Shown: positions 46,586-57,189 of the stretch, piece by piece
How the letters are laid out: each line of letters starts with the position of its first letter
How positions within the stretch are numbered: the stretch's first letter is position 1
DNA from: Eubacteriales bacterium
GTDB lineage: Bacteria > Bacillota > Clostridia > Oscillospirales > CAG-272
DNA: 64,000 bases
Direction: 5' to 3'
Assembly (NCBI GenBank): GCA_045540115.1
Contig: JAZQGR010000066.1
Location: 12,354 to 76,353, forward strand
Program-made: the position numbers and the translations under genes
Notes under the pieces: generated by a model
Databases searched by the model: none
What the model was told of the DNA's origin: nothing
Seen by the model: the letters and a program-made list of their open reading frames with translations, nothing else

Positions 46586-47584
46586 ATGAGAGTATCGAGC
46601 ACGAAAAAAAGCAGGTATTATAGGTATGCCGCGATAATTCTGCTTGTTGTATTTCTTGTGTCATTTTCTCTTATCGCGGTAAATATTTATGAGAATAACC
46701 GCGGGAAATATCCGACGCAAACGACGGTAGAGCAGTTTATTGAGCATGATGGTGTGAAGTATGAGCTCAAGGAAGATCTTGAGACCTTTATCGTTATAGG
46801 TCTTGATAAGATGAGTGATTATGACGGCGTGTCGGATTCGTACAATAACGATAAACAGGCGGATTTTATTATGCTCTTTGTCCTTGATAACAAGGCAAAG
46901 ACGGTTACGCCGATCCATATAAACCGCGATACGATGGCTGAGATGAATATTCTCGGCCTTAACGGAAATCCCGTCGGAAGCGTGACAAAGCAGATCGCCC
47001 TTTCTTATAACTACGGAAACGGCGGAAAAATAAGTTGTCGCAATACGCTCGACGCGGTATCTGAGCTTCTTCTCGGAATGAAAATAAAGCACTACGCTTC
47101 CGTCACAATGGACGCCGTGCCGGTGTATAACGACCTTGTCGGCGGTGTGACGCTTGAGGTGCTTGACGACTTTACGGGTATCGACGAGACTCTTGTTAAG
47201 GGTGAAACGGTTGCTCTCTCGGGACAGCAGGCGCTGACCTACGTCCGTACAAGAGAAGGACTTGAGGATAATACGAACGCCGCACGAATGATACGCCAGA
47301 AGCAGTATCTTACGGCGCTTCGTGAAAAAACCGTGGAAAAGCTGAACAGCGGCACCAAGTTTGCCGTCGAGCTTACGACGGCGCTGTCCGATTATCTCAT
47401 TTCCGACCGTTCAGTCACTCAGATGCAGGAGCTTCTCGATAAATTCTCGTCTTATGAATTTTTGGAAACTCTCGAGCTCGAGGGCGAAAATAAGGTCGGC
47501 GAGAAATTCATGGAATTTTATCCGAGCGAGGATTCGATCACGGAGATCGTCGTGAAGGCGTTCTATCGGGAGTCGGATAAATAA
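46586..47584 (+). CDS. LCP-family phosphotransferase
   Basis: IGLD, QADFIML, INRDT, DLVGGV, ALTYVRTR, RMIRQKQ. Confidence 0.92.
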   Translation: MRVSSTKKSRYYRYAAIILLVVFLVSFSLIAVNIYENNRGKYPTQTTVEQFIEHDGVKYELKEDLETFIVIGLDKMSDYDGVSDSYNNDKQADFIMLFVLDNKAKTVTPIHINRDTMAEMNILGLNGNPVGSVTKQIALSYNYGNGGKISCRNTLDAVSELLLGMKIKHYASVTMDAVPVYNDLVGGVTLEVLDDFTGIDETLVKGETVALSGQQALTYVRTREGLEDNTNAARMIRQKQYLTALREKTVEKLNSGTKFAVELTTALSDYLISDRSVTQMQELLDKFSSYEFLETLELEGENKVGEKFMEFYPSEDSITEIVVKAFYRESDK

Positions 47585-47590
47585 TATCGT

Positions 47591-47787
47591 GGAGACATTC
47601 TCCGGAAAACGGTCATGATAAGTGGCCGTTTTGCGCCGTATAGAGATATGTTTTAATTTGCTAATGCAGTGATATATTTCCGCCGTTTCGGGCGGAAAAT
47701 GATATGATTTCTACCCTTTTGAGCCGCGCCTGCGGCGGTTTTCCGCCTACGCGCGTTGACTGTGCAGATCCTCCCACCAAGTGTGGG
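47591..47787 (+). ncRNA. Candidate cis-acting structured RNA (five hairpins) inside the capsule operon
   Basis: Five stems read by eye in a 230-nt gap; no family identified. Confidence 0.4.
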
Positions 47788-47815
47788 TTAAAATATAATT
47801 CGGAGAAGCTTTGTA

Positions 47816-49714
47816 ATGAAAAAGCAGGGAAAAAGAAGATATATAATTCTTTATGATATTGTGATCTTCGCCGCGCTGTTCGTGTCGCTCTATTTTCTGC
47901 ACGGAAAGCCGGCGGGAATATCGACGGACGTAATATATATCCAGGCGGCGATAACCTTCGTTATCACCTTTGGCGCGAGAATTATCGGCCGAGTTTACAA
48001 GCAGATACTTCGCTATGGCGGTATTCAGGGATATATTCGCCTTCTTGTCGTCGATGCCTGCGCCTTCCTTCTCAATTTTACGCTTCTGAAGCTCTTGCCG
48101 ATAAGAACGGTATCGGGTGCATTTCTTCTGATCGTCGCGTCAATGAACCTTCTTTGCGCGCTCGCGGTCAGAATGCTCTACCGTTACGCTTATAAGTGCG
48201 CAAATAAAAAGACCTTTATCGGAAAACTCCTCAATTTCGGACTCCTCGTCGTCGCGGGAATAAGAATACCGGAGGAAAAGCTTGAAGAGGCACAGAAAAC
48301 CAATATCGCAATAGTTGGCGCCGGAAGCGTAGGCGTTGCGCTCGCAACGGAGCTTCGCTCCAACCCGAACAGCCAATTTTTCCCGCGTTGCTTCGTTGAT
48401 ATAAACAAGAATAAAGTAAACAGAAATATTCTCGATATACCTGTTCTGCTCGAGGACGGAAAGATTTTTGATAAGCTTGCGGATATGGGCGTCGGTGAGG
48501 TCGTTTTCGCAATAAGCGATCTTGATGATGAAAAGGCAAAGGCGCTTCACGAGAAGTACCTGAGAGCGGGCTTCAAGATCAAGGTCTACGATTTCCCGCT
48601 CATGCAGAGTGTAGGCGGAAAGCGCAGAGTAAGAGAATTTGACATCGAGGAGCTTCTGTTCAGAAAGCCGATAATCATACATAACGAAAAAACAGAAGAA
48701 TACTACAAGGGCAAGACCGTTATGATAACGGGCGGAGGCGGATCAATAGGCTCAGAGCTCTGCCGCCAGCTCGCGAAATTCTCGCCAAAGAAGATAATTA
48801 TAGTCGATATCTACGAAAACGGCGCTTATGACGTTCAGCAGGAGCTCAAGATCGCGTACGGCAATAAGCTTGATCTTACAGTCGAGATCGCGTCTATATG
48901 CAACAGACGTGCAATGGAGCGCGTTTTTGAGAAATATAATGTGCAGATAGTCATTAACGCGGCGGCGCATAAGCACGTGCCGCTTATGGAGAACAACTGC
49001 ATTGAAGCGGTCGAAAATAACGTGTTCGGTACGAAGATCCTCGTTGATCTGTGCGAGAAATACGGAGCTGAAAGCTTCGTAATGGTGTCGACCGATAAGG
49101 CGGTAAACCCCACCAATATAATGGGCGCAACAAAGCGTATGTGCGAAATGATCGTGCAGAGCGCAGGCACTCACGGTAAGGTAAAATACAGCGCAACGCG
49201 CTTCGGTAACGTCCTTGGATCGGCAGGCTCGGTGATCCCGCTCTTCAAGAAGCAGATCGCAAACGGCGGTCCGATAACGGTCACCGATAAACGAATAATC
49301 CGCTACTTTATGACGATCCCCGAGGCATCTCAGCTCGTGCTTGAATCGGGCGCGATCGCGAAAAACGGCGAGCTGTTCGTCCTCGATATGGGACAACCTG
49401 TCAAGATCTACGATCTTGCCAAGAATATGATACGCCTGACGGGCGCTACGGATATCGAAATAATTGAAACCGGACTCCGCCCCGGCGAAAAGCTTTACGA
49501 GGAGCTCCTCGTAAAGAGCGAAGAGCTCGATAAGACCGAAAACAGCCTTATCTTCATTGAGCGCGACACGCCGCCTACCGTGTCGGAAATCGAAGAAAAG
49601 CTTGCGATCCTTATACATGCCGTCGAAACCAATGACGACGAGACCGTCAGAGCCGCACTCAAAAAAACGGTGCCGACGTATAAGGAGCCGAACGAGATAA
49701 ATATCAAGGCATAA
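47816..49714 (+). CDS. UDP-GlcNAc 4,6-dehydratase (CapD/EpsC/PglF family)
   Basis: N-terminal TMs, GAGSVG, TGGGGSIGSE, AAHKHVP, STDKAVNP, RFGNV, GLRPGEKLYEE. Confidence 0.95.
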   Translation: MKKQGKRRYIILYDIVIFAALFVSLYFLHGKPAGISTDVIYIQAAITFVITFGARIIGRVYKQILRYGGIQGYIRLLVVDACAFLLNFTLLKLLPIRTVSGAFLLIVASMNLLCALAVRMLYRYAYKCANKKTFIGKLLNFGLLVVAGIRIPEEKLEEAQKTNIAIVGAGSVGVALATELRSNPNSQFFPRCFVDINKNKVNRNILDIPVLLEDGKIFDKLADMGVGEVVFAISDLDDEKAKALHEKYLRAGFKIKVYDFPLMQSVGGKRRVREFDIEELLFRKPIIIHNEKTEEYYKGKTVMITGGGGSIGSELCRQLAKFSPKKIIIVDIYENGAYDVQQELKIAYGNKLDLTVEIASICNRRAMERVFEKYNVQIVINAAAHKHVPLMENNCIEAVENNVFGTKILVDLCEKYGAESFVMVSTDKAVNPTNIMGATKRMCEMIVQSAGTHGKVKYSATRFGNVLGSAGSVIPLFKKQIANGGPITVTDKRIIRYFMTIPEASQLVLESGAIAKNGELFVLDMGQPVKIYDLAKNMIRLTGATDIEIIETGLRPGEKLYEELLVKSEELDKTENSLIFIERDTPPTVSEIEEKLAILIHAVETNDDETVRAALKKTVPTYKEPNEINIKA

Positions 49715-49735
49715 ATTAATTCAGGATGAAAGCGA

Positions 49736-50368
49736 ATGTATAAGAGGTTTTTTAAACGGCTTATTGATCTTGTGCTTTCAACGCTCGCAATCATTGTCCT
49801 CGCAATACCGATGGCAATAATTGCGTTGATTATCAAGATCACCGATCCGGGCCCCGCAATATTCAAGCAGAAGCGAGTCGGAAAGAATAAAACCTACTTC
49901 CGGCTCTATAAGTTCAGAAGTATGAAGATGAGCACTCCGAGAGATTGCCCTACGCATTTGCTCGAAAACCCCGAGCAGTACATAACCCGTATAGGAAAAT
50001 TCCTGCGTAAAAGCAGCCTCGATGAGCTTCCGCAGATATTCAATATCTGGACCGGGAAAATGTCGATCATAGGCCCGCGCCCCGCACTGTGGAACCAGGA
50101 TGACCTTGTTGCCGAACGCGATAAGTACGGCGCAAACGACGTCCGCCCGGGACTTACCGGCTGGGCGCAGATAAACGGCAGAGACGAGCTTGAGATTCCC
50201 GTCAAGGCAAAGCTCGACGGAGAATATGTTGAAAAAATGAGCTTCGGCTTTGACATAAAATGCTTTTTCGGAACGATAGGAAGTGTCCTGAAGTCCGACG
50301 GCGTCGTCGAAGGCGGCACGGGTGAGCTCGAAAAGAAAGAAGAAAAAGAAGAAACGGCTACGAAATGA
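49736..50368 (+). CDS. Priming phosphoglycosyltransferase (bacterial sugar transferase)
   Basis: KRLID, KFRSM, LDELPQ, GPRP, PGLTGWAQ. Confidence 0.95.
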   Translation: MYKRFFKRLIDLVLSTLAIIVLAIPMAIIALIIKITDPGPAIFKQKRVGKNKTYFRLYKFRSMKMSTPRDCPTHLLENPEQYITRIGKFLRKSSLDELPQIFNIWTGKMSIIGPRPALWNQDDLVAERDKYGANDVRPGLTGWAQINGRDELEIPVKAKLDGEYVEKMSFGFDIKCFFGTIGSVLKSDGVVEGGTGELEKKEEKEETATK

Positions 50369-51240
50369 AGAAGATTTTGATTACCGGCGCAAACAGTTAT
50401 ATCGGAAACTCATTCGAAAAATATGTAAATGAAAAATATCCGGATCAGTATACGGTTGATACTGTCGATATGACCAATAGCGCTTGGAAAGAAAAAAACT
50501 TTTCGGAGTATGATAGCGTATTCCACGTAGCCGGAATTGCCCATTCGGACAGCGGTAAGATAAGCGATGAAAAAGCAAAGTTATATTATGCGGTAAACAC
50601 CGATCTGACCGTTGAAACCGCTAAGAAAGCTAAGGCGGACGGGGCGGGACAGTTTATATTTATGAGCAGCGCGATAGTTTACGGCGAAAGCGCGCCGATC
50701 GGTAAGACAAAGGTTATTACAAAGGATACCCCTGTCAGCCCCGCAAACTGTTACGGCGACAGTAAAGTTCAAGCGGAAAACGGAATTCGTCCTTTGAATG
50801 ATGACAGTTTCAAAGTCGTTATCCTTCGACCGCCTATGATTTACGGAAAGGGAAGTAAGGGCAATTATCCGTTTCTCGTCAAGATCGCTCTCAAAACGCC
50901 GATTTTCCCTTATGTAAAGAACGAACGCTCGATGCTGTACGTCGAGAACCTTTGTGAGTTCGTTCGTCTTATGATCGAAAATGAAGAGCACGGCACATTC
51001 TGGCCGCAAAATGCTGAGTACAGCAATACAAGCGAGCTCGTGAAAATGATCGCCGAGGCGCATGGAAAAAAGATACGCCTTATCAAAGGCTTCGGTTGGG
51101 CTTTGAAAATAATGAGCCGTTTGGTCGGGCTTGTGAATAAAGCGTTTGGCAGTCTGAGCTATGATCGAGAGATGAGCCGATATAAATATGAGTACAGAAT
51201 GAAGAATCTTAAAGATTCTGTTGAGGATACGGAAAAATGA
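50365..51240 (+). CDS. NAD-dependent epimerase/4-reductase
   Basis: ITGANSYIG, YGDSK (YxxxK), LRPPMIYG. Confidence 0.9.
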   Translation: MKKILITGANSYIGNSFEKYVNEKYPDQYTVDTVDMTNSAWKEKNFSEYDSVFHVAGIAHSDSGKISDEKAKLYYAVNTDLTVETAKKAKADGAGQFIFMSSAIVYGESAPIGKTKVITKDTPVSPANCYGDSKVQAENGIRPLNDDSFKVVILRPPMIYGKGSKGNYPFLVKIALKTPIFPYVKNERSMLYVENLCEFVRLMIENEEHGTFWPQNAEYSNTSELVKMIAEAHGKKIRLIKGFGWALKIMSRLVGLVNKAFGSLSYDREMSRYKYEYRMKNLKDSVEDTEK

Positions 51241-52097
51241 TTGATGCGACCGCGATAATAATGACAAAAAACGAAGAAAAGAATATCGTTGATTGTTTGA
51301 AATCTATGAGCGGTTTCGCAAAACGTTGCGTGGTTCTCGACTGCGGTAGCACCGATAAAACGGTAGAGCTTGCCAAGGAAAACGGAGCAGACGTTTATTT
51401 TCACGAGTTTGAATATTATGCAAAGCAGTTCAATTGGGGTATTGATAATTGTGACATCGATACCGAATGGATAATACGTCTTGACGCGGATGAGCGTTTT
51501 CCTAATGAGCTGAACGCGGAAATCACAGAGCTGATCGAGAAAAACAAGGATAAGCCGATGAACGGCATTACTATCGAGGCAGACTTCTTCTTCCTTGGGC
51601 GCTGTATGAAGCATGGCCCGAGAAATAAGAGAAAAATGATGCTTTTCAAGCGATCATGCGGACGAATTGAAGACCGCAGAAGAGATGCACACAGCGTGAT
51701 CTCGGAGGGCTATTCTGAAAGCACAAAGCATCGCTTCATGCACTATGATTTCAAGAATCTGGATAATTATATTAAGCGCTATAATTGGTACGCAACCCGT
51801 GAAATGCAGGATTATATCGATTTTACGCACGGTGCCCCTACCGAAATAAAAACGGATAAAGCGATAGCAAAGCAGCGCAAAAAGAAATTTGGATTTTACT
51901 ATAAAATGCCGAAGTACGTGCGTGCTTGGGCGTGGTTTATCTATAACTATGTCTTTCGCGGCGGTTTTTTGGACGGCAAGGAAGGACTTGTGTTCTGCTT
52001 TCTTGAATGCTATTGGTACCGCCTGCTCGTAGATGCAAAGATTTTCGAGTACGAAAAAAACGGCGGCGAGTTTGAAAGGCTTAAGGCGATTGATTGA
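51237..52097 (+). CDS. Glycosyltransferase family 2
   Basis: TKNEE, DCGSTD, LDADE. Confidence 0.92.
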   Translation: MIDATAIIMTKNEEKNIVDCLKSMSGFAKRCVVLDCGSTDKTVELAKENGADVYFHEFEYYAKQFNWGIDNCDIDTEWIIRLDADERFPNELNAEITELIEKNKDKPMNGITIEADFFFLGRCMKHGPRNKRKMMLFKRSCGRIEDRRRDAHSVISEGYSESTKHRFMHYDFKNLDNYIKRYNWYATREMQDYIDFTHGAPTEIKTDKAIAKQRKKKFGFYYKMPKYVRAWAWFIYNYVFRGGFLDGKEGLVFCFLECYWYRLLVDAKIFEYEKNGGEFERLKAID

Positions 52098-52104
52098 GGA
52101 TAGG

Positions 52105-53010
52105 ATGAATATTAAATTAAAAAAGCTAATATTGTTTCCGTTCAATATCTTGTATCGCATTAGCCCCAAAGCAGAGTTGTCTTTGATGTATCGATTAAAG
52201 TGCAAAAGTAAGCTGAATTGGAACGATCCGAAAACGTATCTTGAAAAGTTGAATTGGATGAAGCTCTATTATCGAAATGAGTTGATGCCAATATGTGCAG
52301 ACAAGTATTTGGCGAGAGAATACATTGAAAAGCATGGATACGGTGAATATCTTCCAAAATTGCTTTGGGACGGTCAGGATCCTGCCGAAATTCCGTTTGA
52401 TTCTCTCCCAAAATCTTTTGTGATAAAAAGCTCTACGGGCTCCGGGAACAATATTATCTGTAAAGACAAGTCAACTTTGGATCGAAAGCAAACCGTTAAG
52501 AAACTGAAGAAGTGGCTGAAGGAAAAATACCTTCCTTGCTACGGCGAATGGCATTATGAAAAAATAAAACCCTGCATTATTATCGAAGAATACCTGTCGG
52601 ATGGAGAAAACTACGTTCCGGTAGATTATAAGCTGTTTTGTTTCAATGGACTTGACAACGGCGATGTCGGATGTATCGCGGTAGATTTGGGTCGATATGT
52701 GGATCACAGACGTAATATCTACGATGCGGAATTCAATTATTTACAACAGGTTTCATTTGGTTTTGAGCGCGATGAGAACGCAAAAATCGAGCGTCCCGGG
52801 GCATACGACCAAATGCGCAGAATAGCGCACGATCTGGCTAAACCATTTCCTCATGTAAGAGTTGACTTTTTTGTTATAGGCGATAGATTTTACATCGGAG
52901 AATTGACATTTTTTAACGGGGCGGGATATGATATGATTACGCCTCACGAATATAATGTCCAAATGGGAGACTGGATCAAGCTGACGGACAGGTCTACGGA
53001 GGAAACGTAA
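52105..53010 (+). CDS. TupA-like ATP-grasp protein
   Basis: PKTYLEKLNWMK, ADKYLAR, FVIK, DYKLFCF, HVRVDF, GELTF. Confidence 0.88.
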   Translation: MNIKLKKLILFPFNILYRISPKAELSLMYRLKCKSKLNWNDPKTYLEKLNWMKLYYRNELMPICADKYLAREYIEKHGYGEYLPKLLWDGQDPAEIPFDSLPKSFVIKSSTGSGNNIICKDKSTLDRKQTVKKLKKWLKEKYLPCYGEWHYEKIKPCIIIEEYLSDGENYVPVDYKLFCFNGLDNGDVGCIAVDLGRYVDHRRNIYDAEFNYLQQVSFGFERDENAKIERPGAYDQMRRIAHDLAKPFPHVRVDFFVIGDRFYIGELTFFNGAGYDMITPHEYNVQMGDWIKLTDRSTEET

Positions 53011-53011
53011 G

Positions 53012-53968
53012 TTGAAAAGGGTCAGTGTAATTATACCCTGTTATAACTGCGAGACTTTGATTGAGGAAACATTGAGGAGTCTTGAAAAACAAACATACCG
53101 TGATTTTGAGGTCGTTTGTGTGAATGACGGATCAACAGATGAAACGCTGTCTGTTTTGAAAAAGTGGGAAAGCTGCTCGGACCTCGAATTGCGAATTATA
53201 GATAAAGAGAACGGCGGCGTTAGCAGCGCCAGAAACGCCGGTGTCAGAGCTGCAAGAGGAGAAAGCATTCTGTTTTTGGATTCTGATGATATGTATCACC
53301 CGGAATTTGTTGAGCGCCTTGTTTTTTCTGTTAAAAAAAGCGGAGCGGATGTTTCATATTGCCGGTTGAGCAGGAATCAAGATACCGTTTTTTCTAAGCC
53401 TCATATCCATTCTGAGGTTTTACAGAATCAGAGCGAAGCCATGTATAACTTGTTATACAGAATGCCTGAATTTGGGTTTTATTGTTACCTCTACAAAAAA
53501 GAGATAATCGCTCGCGAGAATCTTTTGTTCGATGAAAACACCCGTCATTTCGAGGATCGGGAATTTAACTGGAAATATTTGTGTCACTGTCAAACCGCAG
53601 TTTTAGTGGATGCGCCATTGTACTATTATCGTGTAAATGAAACCTCCGTGACACAATCTAAGAGAATTCAATGGAGAACAGACGGGATTGATGCGGTAAA
53701 AAGAATTGAAAACTACGTTGAACAAAAGGCAGGAACTTTTCTGCCTGAATTGAAATCCTACCTGTATCCTCGGGTAATGTGGACTATGGCGAAAAACTAT
53801 TCTCTCGGAGGAGAGCGAGGATTGCTTAGGCGTTTAGGTAAGGAATATGATGTAAAGGCGTGCATGAAACGAACTGTGAAGGACAAAAACAAGCTGGTTG
53901 CAATAGCTTCGTGGCTTTATCTGATTCATCCGATGCTGTTCTACCATATTGTGAGATCGAAACGATAG
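53012..53968 (+). CDS. Glycosyltransferase family 2
   Basis: SVIIPCYN, NDGSTD, GVSSARN, FLDSDD. Confidence 0.93.
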   Translation: MKRVSVIIPCYNCETLIEETLRSLEKQTYRDFEVVCVNDGSTDETLSVLKKWESCSDLELRIIDKENGGVSSARNAGVRAARGESILFLDSDDMYHPEFVERLVFSVKKSGADVSYCRLSRNQDTVFSKPHIHSEVLQNQSEAMYNLLYRMPEFGFYCYLYKKEIIARENLLFDENTRHFEDREFNWKYLCHCQTAVLVDAPLYYYRVNETSVTQSKRIQWRTDGIDAVKRIENYVEQKAGTFLPELKSYLYPRVMWTMAKNYSLGGERGLLRRLGKEYDVKACMKRTVKDKNKLVAIASWLYLIHPMLFYHIVRSKR

Positions 53969-53980
53969 AAAGGCTTGTAA

Positions 53981-54805
53981 ATGAACCCAATCAAATTATC
54001 ATATGCGCCGCTACTTAATGCAGGTGACCTTTTTAATAAAGATATTGTCGAAAAGCTTTCCGGGAAAAAAGTTGTAAACTCCAAAATGTATAACGCCGAC
54101 ATGATTGCAATAGGCGGAGCTTTGGTGGGTGCGCAATACTCGGGTGGAGCTATTAGAAAGGTCTGTCAAACTGCACTTGGTTTGGTATATGGTAGTAAGC
54201 CCCTTTATGTGTGGGGGAGCGGTTTTTTTAAAAATGATAATAACTGTGCTCTGTATCGGAAAAACTTGAAGGTTTGTGCATTAAGGGGGCAAAAAACACA
54301 GGAGAAATTATCATCTCTTACTGGTGTTTCTTATAACGTTCCTTTGGCGGATGCAGGCTTGTTGGCAGATATGTTTGTCGATGATAAGATTGAAAAACAA
54401 TATGAGATAGGATTGATTCCGCACATGTCACAAATTAATGACGTGTGTATGCAAAGAATACTTAAACAGGATAATGTCCATTTGATCGATATACGGCGTT
54501 CCGCAAAAGAGGTAATTGATGATATCGCTCGTTGTGAGAGCATTTTGTCGAGTAGTTTGCACGGATTGATTTTTGCGGACAGCCTCCATATTCCGTCGAT
54601 GCATATGATGGGGGATGGAGAACTACATGGCGGTAATTTTAAATTTGAAGATTATTACTCAAGCTTTGGGCTGGAAGATGCCCGCTACATAATGGATGAA
54701 TCGAATTTGCCGAGCAAAAAAATGATTGTTGATAGTTATCGTATATCATTTGGAGCGGTGGAAAAAAAGAAGCATCAATTGATCGAATGCTTCCCTAGGT
54801 TTTAA
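53981..54805 (+). CDS. Polysaccharide pyruvyl transferase
   Basis: NAGD, WGSG, LRG, IPH, SSSLHGLIFADS, FKFEDY. Confidence 0.85.
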   Translation: MNPIKLSYAPLLNAGDLFNKDIVEKLSGKKVVNSKMYNADMIAIGGALVGAQYSGGAIRKVCQTALGLVYGSKPLYVWGSGFFKNDNNCALYRKNLKVCALRGQKTQEKLSSLTGVSYNVPLADAGLLADMFVDDKIEKQYEIGLIPHMSQINDVCMQRILKQDNVHLIDIRRSAKEVIDDIARCESILSSSLHGLIFADSLHIPSMHMMGDGELHGGNFKFEDYYSSFGLEDARYIMDESNLPSKKMIVDSYRISFGAVEKKKHQLIECFPRF

Positions 54806-54816
54806 GAGGTGCTAAA

Positions 54817-55974
54817 ATGGAAATGTGTTTTGTTGCATCAAACTATCCTACACCTAATCGACAGGTTCACGTTTTTTTGGAAAACGTTGTTGTGAAGCTT
54901 GTTGATCGCGGTGTCACCTGTAATGTAATTGCGCCGCAGAGCACGTTTGCTTATTTTACGAAAAGAGATATTCGAAGAGAACTTGTTTCGGAGCGAATTA
55001 CACCGAACGGAAACAAATATATGGTGTATTCGCCGCTATACACGGTTTACCCTGCAAAAAAAATCGGAAGAATACATTTGGCTGATATTAGTAAAAGATC
55101 GTATTATAAAGCGATTAAAAAAACATATATGCAGCATAAAATGAACGCGGATGTGATCTATTCGCATTTTATTCAGGCAGGAATCCCGGCGGTTATGTTG
55201 GCAAAGGACCGTGGAGTTCCGTCGTTTATCGCAAATGGAGAAGCCGAAACAATAAGAGAAACCAGTGCCATCAGCCCGAAACTTTTGAGAAAAACGCTTG
55301 ATGATGTAACGGGAATTATATCGGTATCCACCAAAAATAAAGAGGAAATATTTGAGCTGTGCAACGGGGATGATCGAATTATGAGCAAGGTAACCGTAAT
55401 CCCCAATGCTACCGACAGTTCGCGCTTTTTTAAAAAGGACAAGCATGTTTGCAGAAAAGAACTGGGCTATCCGGAAGATGCCTTTATCGTCGCATTTACA
55501 GGAACCTTTATAGAGCGAAAAGGCATAGGAAAACTATCAAATGTGTTGAATCGCTTTGACGATGTTTACTCTGTGTTTATTGGAACCGGCGATTCCAAAC
55601 CTACATGCAAAAACATTCTCCACGTGGGACGAGTGCTGAACTCAAAGATGAGTATGTATTTGAATGCTGCAGACATATTTGTTTTACCGACTTTAGCAGA
55701 GGGATGCTGTAACGCAATTGTGGAAGCGGTGTCGTGTGGTGTGCCGGTGGTGTCGTCGGATAGATCGTTTAATTACGACGTTTTGGATAAAACAAATGCA
55801 ATATTGATCGATCCGTTAAGCGAGGAAGAGATCTACAACGCAATTAAAGCTTTGAAAGAAGATCCCGAAAGGCGCAATCGACTGGTCGAAGGATGTCTTG
55901 AAAAGGCCACGGAACTGTCTTTGGACCGCAGAGTAGATAAAATACTTGAGTTTATAACCGAAAGGTGCGAATAG
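54817..55974 (+). CDS. Glycosyltransferase family 4
   Basis: RKG, EGCCNAIVEA (EX7E), GVPVV. Confidence 0.92.
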   Translation: MEMCFVASNYPTPNRQVHVFLENVVVKLVDRGVTCNVIAPQSTFAYFTKRDIRRELVSERITPNGNKYMVYSPLYTVYPAKKIGRIHLADISKRSYYKAIKKTYMQHKMNADVIYSHFIQAGIPAVMLAKDRGVPSFIANGEAETIRETSAISPKLLRKTLDDVTGIISVSTKNKEEIFELCNGDDRIMSKVTVIPNATDSSRFFKKDKHVCRKELGYPEDAFIVAFTGTFIERKGIGKLSNVLNRFDDVYSVFIGTGDSKPTCKNILHVGRVLNSKMSMYLNAADIFVLPTLAEGCCNAIVEAVSCGVPVVSSDRSFNYDVLDKTNAILIDPLSEEEIYNAIKALKEDPERRNRLVEGCLEKATELSLDRRVDKILEFITERCE

Positions 55975-55993
55975 GATCATTTGGAGGAACGAT

Positions 55994-57160
55994 TTGAGAA
56001 ATATAAAAATTAGTCTAAAAACTGCAGACATCTTGTTTCTGCTTACCATGGTATTTCTTCTTGCATTTCCCGGGGCCTCCCAATTGAAAGCAGTTTTGAT
56101 CGTTGCCTTTTTTTTCTATATGATGGCTCAAAAAATTGCGAACTATAGAAAAACAAAGAACACGGTTTATATAGTTGGAGCGCTTCTGTTTTTGGGATAT
56201 GCATATATAAGCCGTTTTTGGGCATCACATCCAGAGGCGGTTTCTGAACAGATCGCAAATGTTTTGTGGGCAGTAATGATATGCACCGCGGTGTCTTGTT
56301 ATGTGTATTTTAGCGAGTTGAGCGTTAGAGATATATCAAATTTGCTTGTCCCTATAGCGATCTTGTTTTGTTTTAACGTGGTTTTCAACGCTTCGTTTGA
56401 CGAAGGGCGCATGTCAATCGGAATTAACGCGAATAGCTTTGGACGAATTGCATCCGGAATGGCATGTGTGTTTCTGTTTAGGTGCAAACAGGATAAGTGG
56501 AAGAACATATTCATGAATTGTCTGACGATTATGTTTTTGCTATTCACATTCTTGTCCGGTTCCCGAACATCGCTGCTACTTGTCTGTGTTTATGCAATAG
56601 CGTTTATGTTATTTGAACATCCAACGAAGAGCATAAAGAAAACAGTCGGGAAATTGTTGCTGCTTTTAGTGTTGTTGGTCGCGGGATATGTTTGCTTAAT
56701 CAACATTGACTTTCTTTACAATTCTATAGGTAATCGCGTTGAATCGTTGTTGCTTGAGATGTTTGGATTGTCTGAGGGCGATGGTTCAACCATTACCAGA
56801 ATCAACATGATGAACACCGCTCGAGAAATATTCGCCGAGCATCCATGGGTTGGAATTGGAATGAACAACTTCAAGTTCGCAACTCATTTTGGAACATATG
56901 CGCATAACACTTATCTCGAATTGGCGGCTTGTCTCGGTGTCGTGGGTCTAGTTCTCTATTATGGGCCGCTTGTTCTATATTTGAAACAAGCAATAAGCGG
57001 TTGGAGAAAAGATCGTGACGAAAGCATTGTGCCACTTGCAATTTTAATTGCGTTTTTGCTTGGAGATATAGGCGGCGTTTCGTATTTCAATCCCGTATCT
57101 CACATTTTTGTTGGATTAGCTGTCGGACTCATATCGCAAAATGAGCGAGAGGATAAGTAA
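55994..57160 (+). CDS. wzy: Polysaccharide polymerase (Wzy / O-antigen ligase-like)
   Basis: Many TMs, SGSRT, GIG, AHNTYLE motif. Confidence 0.85.
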   Translation: MRNIKISLKTADILFLLTMVFLLAFPGASQLKAVLIVAFFFYMMAQKIANYRKTKNTVYIVGALLFLGYAYISRFWASHPEAVSEQIANVLWAVMICTAVSCYVYFSELSVRDISNLLVPIAILFCFNVVFNASFDEGRMSIGINANSFGRIASGMACVFLFRCKQDKWKNIFMNCLTIMFLLFTFLSGSRTSLLLVCVYAIAFMLFEHPTKSIKKTVGKLLLLLVLLVAGYVCLINIDFLYNSIGNRVESLLLEMFGLSEGDGSTITRINMMNTAREIFAEHPWVGIGMNNFKFATHFGTYAHNTYLELAACLGVVGLVLYYGPLVLYLKQAISGWRKDRDESIVPLAILIAFLLGDIGGVSYFNPVSHIFVGLAVGLISQNEREDK

Positions 57161-57189
57161 AATTAAACCGCAAAACAGAGGAATACGCC

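Noticed and set aside
1307-49618. Long antisense ORFs (e.g. 1307..2191, 10389..11231, 11710..12786, 17243..18091, 19231..20253, 23395..24282, 33038..33931, 35544..36593, 48752..49618)
   Set aside because: Shadow frames opposite well-supported genes, expected from codon bias; no motifs or initiation signals
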